From the NCBI GenBank assembly GCA_018067145.1, contig JAGPVD010000158.1, forward strand, positions 15,850 to 79,849: 64,000 nucleotides of DNA, in the 5' to 3' direction. Positions 9,215 to 20,246 of this stretch are shown here, piece by piece; within the stretch, counting starts at the first letter, position 1; every line of letters begins with the position of its first letter. Below the pieces are notes generated by a model that did no database searches, was not told where the DNA came from, and worked only from the letters and a program-made list of their open reading frames with translations. The position numbers and the translations under genes were made by a program. Source of the stretch: Methyloceanibacter sp. (lineage in GTDB: Bacteria > Pseudomonadota > Alphaproteobacteria > Rhizobiales > Methyloligellaceae).

Positions 9215-9814
9215 CTAGTTGCGGGAAAGCCGCTCGAGCCGTTGCTGCATGGCCAGCATCTCGGCCTTGAGCGTGTCGATATCGTCGCCGCTCGGCTTGG
9301 CGCCGGATGTGGGCTTGGCTTCATCCGCACCCTGGGTGGCCACCCCATCGCCGCTGGAGGACGGCGTGAACATGCCAAGGGCTCGCTCGAACGTGGCAAA
9401 ATTCTTCTGCACCTGCTCTTGCATTGCATCGAATGCAGAGGTGCCGAAGACATTGGCGAACCGGCGCCGATATTGGTCCTGCTGCTTGGTCAGCGAGTCG
9501 AGGCTGAACTCAAGATAGCTCGGAACGATATTCTGCATGCTGTCGCCATAGAAACGGATCAACTGGCGCAAAAAGCCGACCGGCAGAAGGCTTGTGCCCC
9601 GGCTTTCCTGCTCGACGATGATCTGCGTGAGGACCGTACGAGTGAGGTCTTCGCCAGTCTTCGCGTCGTAGACGACAAAATCTCGCTCGACCCGCACCAT
9701 TTCGGCGAGGTCCTCAAGGGTCACATACGTGCTCGTGTCGGTATTATAGAGTCGACGGTTAGCGTATTTCTTGATGATGACCGGCCGGCCCTCTTGGTCC
9801 GCGTCCCTAGCCAC
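9215..9814 (-). CDS. phaR: polyhydroxyalkanoate synthesis repressor PhaR
   Basis: IIKKYANRRLYNT, TGEDLTR.VL.QII, FLRQLIRFYG. Confidence 0.95.
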   Translation of the reverse strand: MARDADQEGRPVIIKKYANRRLYNTDTSTYVTLEDLAEMVRVERDFVVYDAKTGEDLTRTVLTQIIVEQESRGTSLLPVGFLRQLIRFYGDSMQNIVPSYLEFSLDSLTKQQDQYRRRFANVFGTSAFDAMQEQVQKNFATFERALGMFTPSSSGDGVATQGADEAKPTSGAKPSGDDIDTLKAEMLAMQQRLERLSRN

Positions 9815-9992
9815 TTGTCTTTCGCTCCCGTGCCCTACCCGGGCTACTATGCCGCACCTGCGAAATAACTAGCACGTTCCTTGTGCACAGCACCAGAGCT
9901 TTGCCAGGAGCCTTAATGGCGCCCTTCGTGGGGTTTCCCAACGGGAATCACTAGGGTATGAACTTGGCTCCTTTTAGGTATGGAGATCAGTA

Positions 9993-11174
9993 ATGAAAGC
10001 CGATGATATCGTCATTGTTGCCGCCGCGCGGACGCCGGTCGGATCGTTCAACGGGTCTCTGGCCAGCTTGCCAGCTCATGAGCTGGGCAAAATCGTGCTC
10101 ACGGCGGCAATGGAGCGCGCAGGTGTGAAGCCCGACGAGGTCGACGAAGTGATCCTCGGGCAGGTCCTTACGGCAGCGCAGGGGCAAAACCCAGCGCGCC
10201 AGGCAGCTCTCGGCGCCGGTATTTCGAACGATGCACCGGCTTGGGGCCTGAACCAAGTCTGTGGTTCGGGCCTTCGCGCCATCGTCACCGGCGCCCAACA
10301 GATCGCGGTCGGCGACGCCAACATCGTCATCGCCGGTGGCCAGGAAAGCATGAGCCAATCGGTCCACGCCACACATATGCGTAATGGCGTGAAGATGGGC
10401 AATGCCGCGCTGGTAGACACCATGGTCAAAGATGGTCTGTGGGATGCCTTCAACGACTACCACATGGGCAGCACGGCCGAGAACGTCGCTGACAAGTGGC
10501 AGATCACCCGTGATCAGCAGGACGCCTTCGCTGTCGCCTCCCAGAACAAGGCCGAAGCTGCCAAGAAGGCCGGCAAGTTCAAAGACGAGATCGTTCCCGT
10601 GACCATCAAGACCCGCAAGGGCGAGACGGTGGTGAGCGAGGACGAGTATATCCGCGAGGGCGCCACCCTCGAAGGCCTCGCCAAGATGCGGCCCGCCTTT
10701 AAGAAGGATGGCTCCGTCACCGCCGCCAACGCCTCGGGCATCAACGACGGCGCCGCCGTCGTGGTGCTGATGAAGGCCGGCGACGCTGAGAAGCGTGGCC
10801 TCAAGCCCCTCGCCCGCATCGCCTCTTGGGCGCAGGCCGGTGTCGACCCGGCCGTTATGGGCTCCGGACCGATCCCCGCCTCTCGCAAGGCGCTGGAGAA
10901 GGCTGGCTGGACCCCGCAGGATCTTGATCTGATCGAAGCCAACGAGGCTTTCGCGGCGCAGGCTTGCGCCGTCAACAAGGACCTCGGCTGGGACACCGAC
11001 AAAGTGAACGTCAATGGCGGCGCCATCGCCATCGGTCACCCCATCGGGGCCTCCGGCGCGCGCGTGCTCGTGACGTTGCTGCACGAGATGCAGAAGGCAG
11101 ACGCCAAGAAGGGCCTCACCACGCTTTGCATCGGTGGTGGCATGGGCATCGCCATGTGCGTTGAGCGCGACTAG
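9993..11174 (+). CDS. phaA: acetyl-CoA acetyltransferase (beta-ketothiolase)
   Basis: [29 protein letters not shown]. Confidence 0.95.
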   Translation: MKADDIVIVAAARTPVGSFNGSLASLPAHELGKIVLTAAMERAGVKPDEVDEVILGQVLTAAQGQNPARQAALGAGISNDAPAWGLNQVCGSGLRAIVTGAQQIAVGDANIVIAGGQESMSQSVHATHMRNGVKMGNAALVDTMVKDGLWDAFNDYHMGSTAENVADKWQITRDQQDAFAVASQNKAEAAKKAGKFKDEIVPVTIKTRKGETVVSEDEYIREGATLEGLAKMRPAFKKDGSVTAANASGINDGAAVVVLMKAGDAEKRGLKPLARIASWAQAGVDPAVMGSGPIPASRKALEKAGWTPQDLDLIEANEAFAAQACAVNKDLGWDTDKVNVNGGAIAIGHPIGASGARVLVTLLHEMQKADAKKGLTTLCIGGGMGIAMCVERD

Positions 11175-11285
11175 CTCTCGGCACAGCCTAGATGAGTTTC
11201 CCATGTGGGGTGGTCGGCTGCCGCGCCACATGCAGGTTTTGTCTTTGAAGAAACAGGCGCCAGAGATGCGCCAAGGGAGGAAGCT

Positions 11286-12008
11286 ATGAGTAGGGTTGCT
11301 CTAGTTACGGGAGGCACCCGCGGTATCGGCGAGGCCGTCTCCAAGGCGCTTAAGGCTGCTGGTTACAAAGTTGCCGCCAACTATGCCGGCAATGACGAGG
11401 CGGCCAACGCCTTCAAAGCGGCCAACGATATACCCGTGTTCAAATGGGACGCCGGTGACTTCCAGGCTTGCGAGCAGGGCGTCGCCGCCGTGGAGAACGA
11501 AGTCGGCCCCATCGACGTGCTGGTCAACAATGCCGGCATCTCCCGCGACGCCATGCTCCAAAAGATGACCCCCGAGCAGTGGTCGGAAGTCATCCGCACC
11601 GATCTTGACTCCGTGTTCAACATGACACGGCAGGTCATTAACGGCATGCGCGAGCGTGGCTTTGGCCGCATCGTCTCGATCTCTTCGATCAACGGCCAGC
11701 AGGGCATGCTGGGCCTTTCCAACTACTGCTCGGCGAAAGCGGGCATGATCGGCTTCACCCGGGCCGTGGCGCTCGAAGGCGCACGCAAGGGCATCACCGC
11801 GAATGCCATCGCGCCGGGCTATGTGGCGACCGAGCTTCTGGCGGGCGTCTCCGAGAAGGTGATGGAGCACATCGTCGGCCAGATCCCCGTGGGCCGGCTT
11901 GGCCAGGCTGACGAGGTTGCGCGCTGCGTGGTGTTCCTCGCCGCCGACGAATCCGCCTGGATCACCGGCTCGACGTTGACCATCAACGGCGGCCAGCTCA
12001 TGGACTGA
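11286..12008 (+). CDS. phaB: acetoacetyl-CoA reductase
   Basis: ALVTGGTRGIG, NNAG, SSINGQ, NYCSAK. Follows phaA. ATG 11286 after GGAGG. Confidence 0.9.
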   Translation: MSRVALVTGGTRGIGEAVSKALKAAGYKVAANYAGNDEAANAFKAANDIPVFKWDAGDFQACEQGVAAVENEVGPIDVLVNNAGISRDAMLQKMTPEQWSEVIRTDLDSVFNMTRQVINGMRERGFGRIVSISSINGQQGMLGLSNYCSAKAGMIGFTRAVALEGARKGITANAIAPGYVATELLAGVSEKVMEHIVGQIPVGRLGQADEVARCVVFLAADESAWITGSTLTINGGQLMD

Positions 12009-12049
12009 GCGGGATTACGCTTCGGCCTGTCTTTCAGGCCACACCGATC

Positions 12050-12088
12050 AAAAACGTCTCTCCCCCTCGTGGGGAGGGACGTTTTTTT
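12050..12088. terminator. bidirectional Rho-independent terminator
   Basis: AAAAACGTCTCTCCCC / GGGGAGGGACGTTTTTTT hairpin between convergent phaB and cupin genes. Confidence 0.75.
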
Positions 12089-12091
12089 CAC

Positions 12092-12520
12092 CTAAGGCTC
12101 CCAGCCTTCCGGCGCGAGCTCGAAGCCGGCGAAGTCAAATCCCGGCGCCACCGTGCAGCCCACTAACGTCCATTCCCCAAGACTGCGCGCGCTCTGCCAC
12201 GCAAAAGCGGGGACCGGCCCTTGCGGGTGTTCGCCGGCAGCGATATCGGGCCCAAGCTTGTAGACGTGCCGTGTGCCCTTGTTATCGGTGAGCTGAAGCT
12301 CTAGCGGCGCACCGCCATACCAGTGCCATACCTCCACCGCGTCGACCCGGTGCCAGCGAGACACGTCGCCAGCTTTCAGTAAAAACAGAATGGCAGTGGA
12401 GTGCGGACGCCCGCTATTGCCCGCCTCGTCCCGGAAGGTCTCGCGGAACCAGCCGCCTTCCGGATGCGGTTCGAGCTTGTGATGGGCGATGACGTCGTCA
12501 GCGGTCAGCTTCTCAGCCAT
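12092..12520 (-). CDS. cupin, DUF985 (YML079-like) family
   Basis: LEPHPEGGWFRET, SRWHRVDA.EVWHWY, LVGCTVAPGFDF. Confidence 0.9.
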   Translation of the reverse strand: MAEKLTADDVIAHHKLEPHPEGGWFRETFRDEAGNSGRPHSTAILFLLKAGDVSRWHRVDAVEVWHWYGGAPLELQLTDNKGTRHVYKLGPDIAAGEHPQGPVPAFAWQSARSLGEWTLVGCTVAPGFDFAGFELAPEGWEP

Positions 12521-12522
12521 GC

Positions 12523-13293
12523 CTAGAACGCGTCCTTGCGGCGGCGGACCTCGCCGAAGATCTCTTCGTGGGGCCGGCCTTCCATACCGAGCTGCTTCTG
12601 GATGGCCGGGCTCGCGGCGCGCAGGAAGGGATTGGTGGCAAGCTCTTGGCCAATGGTCGTCGGCAGCGACGGTACACCGTTCTTAGCGTTCGTCGCGACT
12701 TCCGTCGCGCGCGCGCGCAGCGCCTCGTTCTCAGGCTCAATCGTCAGCGCGAAGCGGCAATTGGCATTGGTATATTCGTGGCCGCAATACACACTCGTCT
12801 CCGGCGGCAACGCGGCGAGCTTCGACAGAGACGACCACATGGTCGGCGCGTCGCCTTCCAGCAGTTTGCCACAGCCCACCGAGAACATAGTGTCGCCGAC
12901 AAACGCGGCACCGTCGTCTGGGAAGAAATAGCTGACATGGCCGCGCGTATGGCCAGGCGTCTCGATCACCGTGCCCTTGGCGCCGCCGACCTCGACCGTT
13001 TCGCCCTCCTTCACCTCGACGTCGAGGCCCCGGATCAGCCCTGCCTCGCTGGCCGGGCCGGTGACCGTGCAGCCGGTCTTGCGCTTCACGGCCTCGATGC
13101 CGGCGGTATGGTCGAAATGGTGATGGGTGATGAGAATATCGTTGAGCGTCCAGCCCGTCTTCCGCAGTGCCGCAAGCAGCTCATCGGCGTCGGGCGCATC
13201 GATGGCCGCCGTGGCCCCGGTCTCCGCATCATGGAGCAACACACCGTAATTGTCGCCGCGCATGGGAAATTGATAAATCTCGAGCCTAGCCAT
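12523..13293 (-). CDS. gloB: hydroxyacylglutathione hydrolase (glyoxalase II)
   Basis: THHHFDH, TPGHTRGH, GDTMF..GCG, CGHEYT, NPFLR. Confidence 0.95.
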   Translation of the reverse strand: MARLEIYQFPMRGDNYGVLLHDAETGATAAIDAPDADELLAALRKTGWTLNDILITHHHFDHTAGIEAVKRKTGCTVTGPASEAGLIRGLDVEVKEGETVEVGGAKGTVIETPGHTRGHVSYFFPDDGAAFVGDTMFSVGCGKLLEGDAPTMWSSLSKLAALPPETSVYCGHEYTNANCRFALTIEPENEALRARATEVATNAKNGVPSLPTTIGQELATNPFLRAASPAIQKQLGMEGRPHEEIFGEVRRRKDAF

Positions 13294-13371
13294 TTCGCTC
13301 TCTTATGTTTTGCTCTTATGGGAGCCGGACCGTAGCATCCAAGCCTTGCCGATTGGAACCAAGCCTCGCTC

Positions 13372-14112
13372 ATGCATCTCGATGTCATCGACCTCAAGGA
13401 TTTCTATACCCAGCCGCTGGGGCGGATGGTGCGTGGCCTGCTTAAGGCGCGCATCCGGGCGCGCTGGAGCAATCTGAAAGGCCTCCGCGTGTTTGGACTC
13501 GGCTACGCCGCGCCTTATCTGGCGGCGTTCAAGGGCGAAGCGAGCGCGCTTGGCGCATTGATGCCGGACGGGCTCGGCGCGCTGCCCTGGCCTGACGGCG
13601 CACGCTCCATGACGGCACTGGTGGGCGAGACCGAACTCCCCCTCGACGACGAGAGCGCCGACCGCATTCTCCTGGTGCACATGCTGGAATGGTCCGAGCA
13701 CTCGCACGCGCTCTTGCGCGAAATATGGCGCGTGCTTGAGCCCAACGGCAGGCTGCTTCTCGTCGTGCCGAACAGGCGGGGCCTATGGGCGCGGGTCGAC
13801 ACCACCCCGTTCGGCCATGGCAGCCCGTTCAGCCGGTCGCAGCTCACAAAGATTTTGAAAGACGCCATGTTCCAGCCCGAAGGCTGGCAGCACGCGCTCT
13901 ATATGCCGCCTTTCAACTGGCGCATCCTCACGCGCTGGCCGGGCTTCTGGGAACGGCTCGGGCTCGTGTTGTGGCCCGCCTTCTCTGGCGTCATTATGGT
14001 GGAGGCGACCAAGCAGGTCTATGCGGCGATTCCGCTGCGCGAGACCACGCGACAAGGCCGCCGTCACATCATGCCGGTGCCAGCAGGCGCCATCACGCCG
14101 CACGCGCGTTAG
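13372..14112 (+). CDS. class I SAM-dependent methyltransferase-like protein (YafS-like)
   Basis: GLGYAAPY, LREIWRVL, VPNRRGLWAR..TPFGHG. Divergent from gloB, a conserved arrangement. Confidence 0.8.
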   Translation: MHLDVIDLKDFYTQPLGRMVRGLLKARIRARWSNLKGLRVFGLGYAAPYLAAFKGEASALGALMPDGLGALPWPDGARSMTALVGETELPLDDESADRILLVHMLEWSEHSHALLREIWRVLEPNGRLLLVVPNRRGLWARVDTTPFGHGSPFSRSQLTKILKDAMFQPEGWQHALYMPPFNWRILTRWPGFWERLGLVLWPAFSGVIMVEATKQVYAAIPLRETTRQGRRHIMPVPAGAITPHAR

Positions 14113-14753
14113 CGCGACAGCAGAAACACCGCCTGCTCACCGAACAGATTTTGCGCGAAGAGCGGCATGGACACGAGCTTGGTGCCGTAAGCGTTGAGCG
14201 CCACCGCCCGCTCCACCTTGGCGCCGATGTCGTCGCACAACGTCAGGAAGTCCTTGATGGTGCAGAAATGGATGTTCGGCGTGTCGTGCCAACTCTCCGG
14301 CAGATTGTCGGTGCGGGGCATATGCCCACCGAACATCAGCTGCGTCCGCACGCGCCAATGCCCAAAATTTGGAAACGACACCACGGCCCGCTTGCCGATG
14401 CGCAAGAGCTGCTCCAGCACCAAACGCGGATTATGGGTCGCTTGGATGGTCTGCGACAGGATCGCGTAGTCGAAGGCGAGATCGGGGTAGTAGGCAAGGT
14501 CGGTGTCGGCATCGCCCTGGATCACGGCCAGCCCTTGCGTCACACAGGAGTTCACGCCCGCCTGGCTCAGCTCGATGCCGCGCCCGTCGACTGCCTGTTT
14601 GTCAGCGAGAATACGCAACAGCGTGCCGTCACCGCAGCCGACATCGAGCACGCGCGAGCCCGGCGCGACCATCTCGGCGATGAGCAGCAGGTCGACGCGC
14701 GGCGAGTCCGGCGCGCGGACGCTAGTGGGATTGACCGGAATGTTCACGCTCAC
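14109..14753 (-). CDS. metW: methionine biosynthesis protein MetW
   Basis: [34 protein letters not shown]. Confidence 0.95.
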   Translation of the reverse strand: MSVNIPVNPTSVRAPDSPRVDLLLIAEMVAPGSRVLDVGCGDGTLLRILADKQAVDGRGIELSQAGVNSCVTQGLAVIQGDADTDLAYYPDLAFDYAILSQTIQATHNPRLVLEQLLRIGKRAVVSFPNFGHWRVRTQLMFGGHMPRTDNLPESWHDTPNIHFCTIKDFLTLCDDIGAKVERAVALNAYGTKLVSMPLFAQNLFGEQAVFLLSR

Positions 14754-15955
14754 GCCCCGCCGTCCGGAAAGACAACGCCACGCTCCCGCGCGGCAGCGGA
14801 GAGGAAGCCTCTGATCGTATCGAACAGTTCGGGCTCGTGCAGAAGAAACGCGTCGTGGCCCTTGTTCGACTGAATCTCGACAAAGCTGACCTTGGCGGCA
14901 ACGGCGTTCAGCGCGTGCACGACCTCACGGCTCTCCTCGGTGGGAAACAGCCAGTCAGACGTGAACGACATAAGACAGAAACGCGTCTTGGTGCCGGCAA
15001 ACGCATTGGCCAGCACCCCACCATGATCCGCGGCAATGTCGAAATAGTCCATCGCGCGCGTGATGTAGAGATACGAGTTGGCGTCGAACCGGTCGACAAA
15101 GGCCATGCCCTGGTGGCGCAGATAGCTCTCCACCTGGAAGTCGGCGTCAAAGCCGAAAGCGATCTTCTCCCGGTCCTGTAGCTTGCGGCCGAACTTCTCG
15201 TGCAACGTCGCGTCGGACAGATAGGTGATATGCGCGGCCATGCGTGCCACGGCGAGACCTTTACGCGGACTCTTGCCCTCGTCGAGATAGCGCCCTTCAC
15301 GCCAGTCCGGATCGGCCATCACCGCTTGGCGGCCGACCTCATGGAACGCGATATTCTGTGAGGAGTGGCGCGCGGCGCAGGCAATCGGCACAGCGGAGAA
15401 CACACGATCCTTATAGCTGGCGGCCCATTCGAGCACCTGCATGCCGCCCATAGAGCCGCCGATCACGCTCAAAATCTGATCAATGCCGAGATGGTCAAGC
15501 AGGCGCGCTTGCGCCCGCACCATGTCGCGCACGGTGATTACAGGAAAATCAGGACCATAGGGCTGACCCGTCGCCGGGTTGATCGAACTCGGACCGGTCG
15601 AGCCCATACAGCCGCCAATGACATTGGGGCAAAGCACGAAATAGCGGTCGGTATCGATCGGCTTGCCGGGCCCAATCATCGTGTCCCACCAGCCGGGCTT
15701 GCCGGTCAGGGGATGGAGATTGGCGGCATGCTGGTCGCCGGTCAGCGCGTGACAGACGAGCATGAGGTTCGATTTGTCGGCGTTGAGGGTGCCGTAGGTC
15801 TGGTACGCGATGGAAAGCGGTGCGAGCGAAGCCCCACTGTCGAGCGGCAAAGGCTCGTCAGCCGGGAAATGCACGATCTCGCTCTGCGGATTGGCGGTCT
15901 GCGCTTGCCGCTTCGCACGGTCGGCGAACCTCTCCGCTGCCGGATTCTCGTTCAT
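14750..15955 (-). CDS. metX: homoserine O-acetyltransferase
   Basis: [28 protein letters not shown]. Confidence 0.95.
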   Translation of the reverse strand: MNENPAAERFADRAKRQAQTANPQSEIVHFPADEPLPLDSGASLAPLSIAYQTYGTLNADKSNLMLVCHALTGDQHAANLHPLTGKPGWWDTMIGPGKPIDTDRYFVLCPNVIGGCMGSTGPSSINPATGQPYGPDFPVITVRDMVRAQARLLDHLGIDQILSVIGGSMGGMQVLEWAASYKDRVFSAVPIACAARHSSQNIAFHEVGRQAVMADPDWREGRYLDEGKSPRKGLAVARMAAHITYLSDATLHEKFGRKLQDREKIAFGFDADFQVESYLRHQGMAFVDRFDANSYLYITRAMDYFDIAADHGGVLANAFAGTKTRFCLMSFTSDWLFPTEESREVVHALNAVAAKVSFVEIQSNKGHDAFLLHEPELFDTIRGFLSAAARERGVVFPDGGA

Positions 15956-16142
15956 CGCTAGAACTGCCTATACATCGCGCAGGGATCCTCCAGCGCGCTC
16001 GGGAGTCAATAATGCCGGAAAAGTATACAACGCCGAGTTAGCTATGACCTTTTCCTTGAAAAGCAATCTTTTCTTTGCCTTAGCCTGAGATATGGCCCAA
16101 TGAGAGGCCCTTCGCAAAGATTGCCGCTAAGGAGCAAGACCG

Positions 16143-17273
16143 ATGACCGCCAAACGTGGGCCAATCCCGCGTCCAGGCATTCTCGACATCGTGCCCTACG
16201 TCCCGGGCACGGGCGGGCTCCCTGGTGCAGAGCCGGTGGTCAAGCTGTCGTCCAACGAGACGCCGCTTGGGGCGAGCGCGCGCGCGGTTGAGGCCTATCT
16301 GGCCCAAACCCCGCAATTGGCGCGCTACCCCGATGGCTCGGCGCGGCCCTTGCGCGAGGCGCTGGCCAAGAAATACGGCCTCGACGCGGCCCGGATCGTC
16401 TGCGGGGCTGGCTCGGACGAGCTGCTGAATATGTTGGCCCTGGCCTATCTCGGCCCTGGCGACGAGGCGATCTACTCGGAGCATGGCTTTCTCGTCTACA
16501 AAATCGCCATTATGGCGCGCGGCGCGACGCCGATCGCGGCGCCTGAGCGCGATCTCACCACGGATGTGGATGCGATCCTGGCGCGGGTGACGGATGCCAC
16601 GCGCATGGTGTTCATCGCCAACCCTAATAATCCGACCGGCACTTACCTCCCTTTCGACGAGGTGAAGCGGCTCCATGCCGGCCTGCCGGAGAACGTCATT
16701 TTGGTGCTCGACGCGGCCTATGCCGAATATGTCCGGGCAAACGATTACGAGGCCGGTATCGAGCTGGTGGCGACCACACCCAACACGGTGATGACGCGCA
16801 CCTTCTCCAAGATCTATGGGCTGGCGGCTTTGCGGCTTGGCTGGGTCTATTGCCCTGCGCCAATTGCTGACGCGCTGAACCGCATCAGAGGCCCGTTCAA
16901 CGTGACGGGACCCTCGATCGCGGCTGGCGTGGCGGCGCTGCAAGATCAGGCGCATATGGAGCAGGCCGTCGAACACAACATGGTTTGGCGCGGCCGCATG
17001 GCCGAAGCGCTCGAGCAGCTCGGTTTGCGCGTGACGCGCAGTGCCGCCAATTTTCTGCTGGTGCATTTTCCGGCAGGCGTAGCCAGCAATTCCGAAAGCG
17101 CCGCCGGCAAGTCCGCGCGCGAGGCGGATAGATTTCTGCATGAGCGCCGCATCATCCTGCGGCGGGTAGAAGAGTATGGCTTCCCGGATGCTCTGCGCTT
17201 GACCATCGGCACCGAAGATGAGAACCGCGCGGTGCTCGACGCGCTTACCGAGTTCATGGGCAAAGACACATGA
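16143..17273 (+). CDS. hisC: histidinol-phosphate aminotransferase
   Basis: [33 protein letters not shown]. Confidence 0.95.
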   Translation: MTAKRGPIPRPGILDIVPYVPGTGGLPGAEPVVKLSSNETPLGASARAVEAYLAQTPQLARYPDGSARPLREALAKKYGLDAARIVCGAGSDELLNMLALAYLGPGDEAIYSEHGFLVYKIAIMARGATPIAAPERDLTTDVDAILARVTDATRMVFIANPNNPTGTYLPFDEVKRLHAGLPENVILVLDAAYAEYVRANDYEAGIELVATTPNTVMTRTFSKIYGLAALRLGWVYCPAPIADALNRIRGPFNVTGPSIAAGVAALQDQAHMEQAVEHNMVWRGRMAEALEQLGLRVTRSAANFLLVHFPAGVASNSESAAGKSAREADRFLHERRIILRRVEEYGFPDALRLTIGTEDENRAVLDALTEFMGKDT

Positions 17274-18196
17274 CCAAGCCGCTGTTCGACACATCAGCCA
17301 TTATCGGCCCCGGCTTGATCGGCTCCTCGATCGCGCGTGCCGCGCGCGCGCAAGGCGCCGTGGGCTCGATCGTAACCAGCTCACGTTCGCCTGAGACGCG
17401 CCAGCGTGTCGCCGAGCTTGGAATTGCTGACAAGGTTGTCGCGACCAATGCGGAAGCGGTCGCAGGTGCCGATCTCGTCATCGTCTGCGTTCCCGTCGGC
17501 GTGTGCGGCGCGGTCGCAAAGGAAATCGCGCCTCATCTCAAGGCCGGCGCCATCGTCTCCGATGTCGGGTCGGTGAAAGGATCGATCGTGCGGGACATGG
17601 CCCCGCATCTGCCGGACAATGTGCATTTCGTGCCGGCCCATCCGGTCGCGGGCACCGAGCATTCAGGGCCCGAGGCGGGCTTCGCTGAGTTGTTCGAAAA
17701 CCGCTGGTGCATTCTGACGCCGCCCGAGGGAACAGACCGAGAAAGCGTGGACCGGCTCGCGGAATTCTGGAGGCTGCTTGGCGCCAATGTCGAGATCATG
17801 ACGCCCGACCATCACGACCTGGTGCTCGCGGTCACCAGCCATCTGCCGCATCTGATCGCCTACACGATTGTCGGCACTGCGGACGAACTTGAAACGGTGA
17901 CCCGCTCGGAGGTGTTCAAGTTCTCCGCCGGTGGCTTCAGAGACTTCACGCGCATCGCCGCCTCAGACCCGACGATGTGGCGTGACATCTTCCTAGCCAA
18001 CAAGGATGCGGTCCTCGAAATGCTCGGCCGCTTCAACGAGGATGTCTCCGCGCTTACCAAGGCGATCAGGCGTGGTGATGGCGACGCCTTGTCCGAGCAT
18101 TTCACGCGTACCCGCGCCATCCGCCGGGGCATCATCGACGCCGGCCAGGACACAGCCGACGCTGATTTCGGCCGATCACACGGCCACGAGGACTGA
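17270..18196 (+). CDS. tyrC: prephenate/arogenate (cyclohexadienyl) dehydrogenase
   Basis: [35 protein letters not shown]. Confidence 0.9.
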   Translation: MTKPLFDTSAIIGPGLIGSSIARAARAQGAVGSIVTSSRSPETRQRVAELGIADKVVATNAEAVAGADLVIVCVPVGVCGAVAKEIAPHLKAGAIVSDVGSVKGSIVRDMAPHLPDNVHFVPAHPVAGTEHSGPEAGFAELFENRWCILTPPEGTDRESVDRLAEFWRLLGANVEIMTPDHHDLVLAVTSHLPHLIAYTIVGTADELETVTRSEVFKFSAGGFRDFTRIAASDPTMWRDIFLANKDAVLEMLGRFNEDVSALTKAIRRGDGDALSEHFTRTRAIRRGIIDAGQDTADADFGRSHGHED

Positions 18197-18459
18197 AATG
18201 CACCCCTCGGCGTCCTTCCCGCGAAGGTAGAAGCCCTTCAACAACCGGCCCTGTCTCAACCAACGACCGTTTTCGGCTGCATGAGGCTCTGACCCCGCTA
18301 TCATGCGCGACCTGCAAAGATGTTCGGCAAAAAAGAAGACGTCGAACCCATGCGCTTTATTCTTGGCTCAGCCTTCGGCTGGGGAAATCCTGGATGGCAC
18401 CTGGACTTTCCCGTCGGCGGAGCCTGTGAAGAACTAACCCCCTGGAGGGCGGGCGCTGC

Positions 18460-18996
18460 GTGAACGAGCTTTGGGTGTTTGGGTATGGCTCGCTGATGTG
18501 GCGGCCAGGCTTTCCCTTCGAGGCGCAAGCCCCCGGGCTGCTGAACGGCGCCCACCGCGCGCTATGCGTCTATTCAATCCTGCATCGCGGCACCCGCGAG
18601 CAACCAGGTCTCGTGCTCGGGCTCGACCGGGGCGGCGCCTGCCGCGGCGTGGCCTTCCGCGTTGCCCAAGGCGCAGAGGAAGAGACGGTCGCTTACTTGC
18701 GAGAACGCGAGCAGGTCACTGATGTCTATCTTGAAGCCCATCGCACAGTCCGCCTGCTCAATGGCACAGGCCGGGTGGTCAAGGCGCTGACCTATCTCGC
18801 CGATCCGAACCACGCGCAATATGCCGGGAGGCTGCCGCTCGAAGAACAACTCCGCATCGTGCGGGACTGCAAAGGCGAGGCCGGCGCCAATATCGATTAT
18901 GTGCTGAACACCGTGCGGCATTTGGAGGAAGAAGGCGTGCATGACGCCGTGCTCGGGAGCATCGCCGCACGCCTAACCGCGAGCGGACTTAGCTGA
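18460..18996 (+). CDS. chaC: gamma-glutamylcyclotransferase (ChaC family)
   Basis: WVFGYGSLMW, HRGT..PGLVLGL, YLRERE. Confidence 0.9.
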   Translation: MNELWVFGYGSLMWRPGFPFEAQAPGLLNGAHRALCVYSILHRGTREQPGLVLGLDRGGACRGVAFRVAQGAEEETVAYLREREQVTDVYLEAHRTVRLLNGTGRVVKALTYLADPNHAQYAGRLPLEEQLRIVRDCKGEAGANIDYVLNTVRHLEEEGVHDAVLGSIAARLTASGLS

Positions 18997-19093
18997 CAGA
19001 AGAGCAGGCGTCCGGGCTCGCGCCTGAAAAAGGCGGGTCTCAAGCACAAGAAGCCAGTCCGAAGCCAACAGCACCAGGCTTGAGGCTTAGGCT

Positions 19094-19279
19094 CTAGGCC
19101 TCATCCTTGACGGTGATCACCTGACGTCCGCGATACCGGCCCGACTTCAGATCGATATGGTGCGGCCGGCGAAGCTCGCCGGAATCCTTGTCTTCGACGT
19201 AAGCCGGCGCATCCAATGCGTCATGGGCCCGTCGATTACCCCGCTTCATGGGGGATACTTTTCTTTTAGGTACAGCCAT
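19094..19279 (-). CDS. rpmF: 50S ribosomal protein L32
   Basis: [22 protein letters not shown]. Confidence 0.97.
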   Translation of the reverse strand: MAVPKRKVSPMKRGNRRAHDALDAPAYVEDKDSGELRRPHHIDLKSGRYRGRQVITVKDEA

Positions 19280-19387
19280 AGTCGTAGAACCTCAAAATGG
19301 CCCCGGTCTGAGATCGGGCCTGTCTTGGCGCCCTTATAGTGGCAATTTTTTCCCCTGGCCAGGGCCGAGAACCAACCTTTTCTAAGG

Positions 19388-20125
19388 CTACATGACGCAT
19401 GCGGCCCGTTTGACCATGGACGGCATACGCCGTTCGAGGGTTCTGGCGATCAGGCGCATCCTCCGGCTTGGCTTGGCGGGGTTGCGTGCCCGCGGATTTG
19501 GCAGCGCGGCGGCAAGAAGCGCCGCCTGGTGCCTGGTGAGCCGGGACGCGGATTTGTGGAAATAATACCGGCTCGCCGCCTCAGCCCCGAACACGCCGGG
19601 GCCCCATTGGGCGATGTTGAGATAGACCTCCATCATGCGCCGCTTGGGCCAAATGGCCGACATCAGATAAGCCAGCGGTGCCTCCAGGGCTTTGCGCAGA
19701 TAGCTGCGACGCGTCCAAAGATAGAGGTTTTTGGCCGTCTGCATGGGGATGGTGCTGGCGCCACGCACACCCTTAAGGCTATTGGCCGCCTTCACCGCAT
19801 CCCGGACCGCGGCCCAATCCACACCCCAATGGGCGCAAAAGCGCCCATCTTCGCTCGAGACCACGGCCAAGCGCAGATTGGGCGAGATTTTCTCCAGCGG
19901 CATCCATTGGCGCCTGAGCGTGGCGCCTTGCAGCTTCTCAACCACCATGACTGGGGTGATCGGCGGATTGATGAAGCGGAAGGCCGCGATGGAAAAAATG
20001 AGCGCGCCGGCCACGATCAGCAGACCTAACGCGACGCGCCGGAGCCAAGGGTGATGGTGCGCCTTGCGCCCACCAGCCCGTTTCGTGGTCCGCTTTTTAG
20101 GCCCTGAGGCTGCCTGTCCCGCCAT
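19388..20125 (-). CDS. mtgA: monofunctional peptidoglycan transglycosylase
   Basis: SEDGRF..HWGVD, RGASTI.MQTAKN, RKALEA, EVYLN. Confidence 0.9.
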   Translation of the reverse strand: MAGQAASGPKKRTTKRAGGRKAHHHPWLRRVALGLLIVAGALIFSIAAFRFINPPITPVMVVEKLQGATLRRQWMPLEKISPNLRLAVVSSEDGRFCAHWGVDWAAVRDAVKAANSLKGVRGASTIPMQTAKNLYLWTRRSYLRKALEAPLAYLMSAIWPKRRMMEVYLNIAQWGPGVFGAEAASRYYFHKSASRLTRHQAALLAAALPNPRARNPAKPSRRMRLIARTLERRMPSMVKRAACVM

Positions 20126-20246
20126 GGATCCGGGTTCTACCTCTCAGGCGCCATATCGGGCAACGCCTGACTTAAGGCCTGACTTGGAAGCTTGCCACGC
20201 TGGGAGTTTGCGGCGAGAGGCCGCCTCCTTTATCCCTGTGACCAAC

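Noticed and set aside
9987-11231. Long antisense ORFs (414 aa here; also 16080-17294, 49401-50285, 61223-62056 and others)
   Set aside because: Shadow ORFs opposite well-conserved genes, expected from high-GC codon bias. They show no motifs.
13298-13320. Short direct repeat CTCTTATG x2 upstream of gloB, with a similar AACATAAGAG before the SMR gene
   Set aside because: Too short. Likely A-rich translation-initiation leaders rather than a shared operator.
15956-16142. SAM-II riboswitch upstream of metX
   Set aside because: I could not find the GATTT..GC..AAA..GCTAAA pseudoknot pattern on the minus strand.
18320-18463. 47-codon ORF (MFGKKEDVEP..) whose stop overlaps the chaC start
   Set aside because: No recognisable motif or RBS. 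It could be a gene remnant, but the sequence alone does not support a call.
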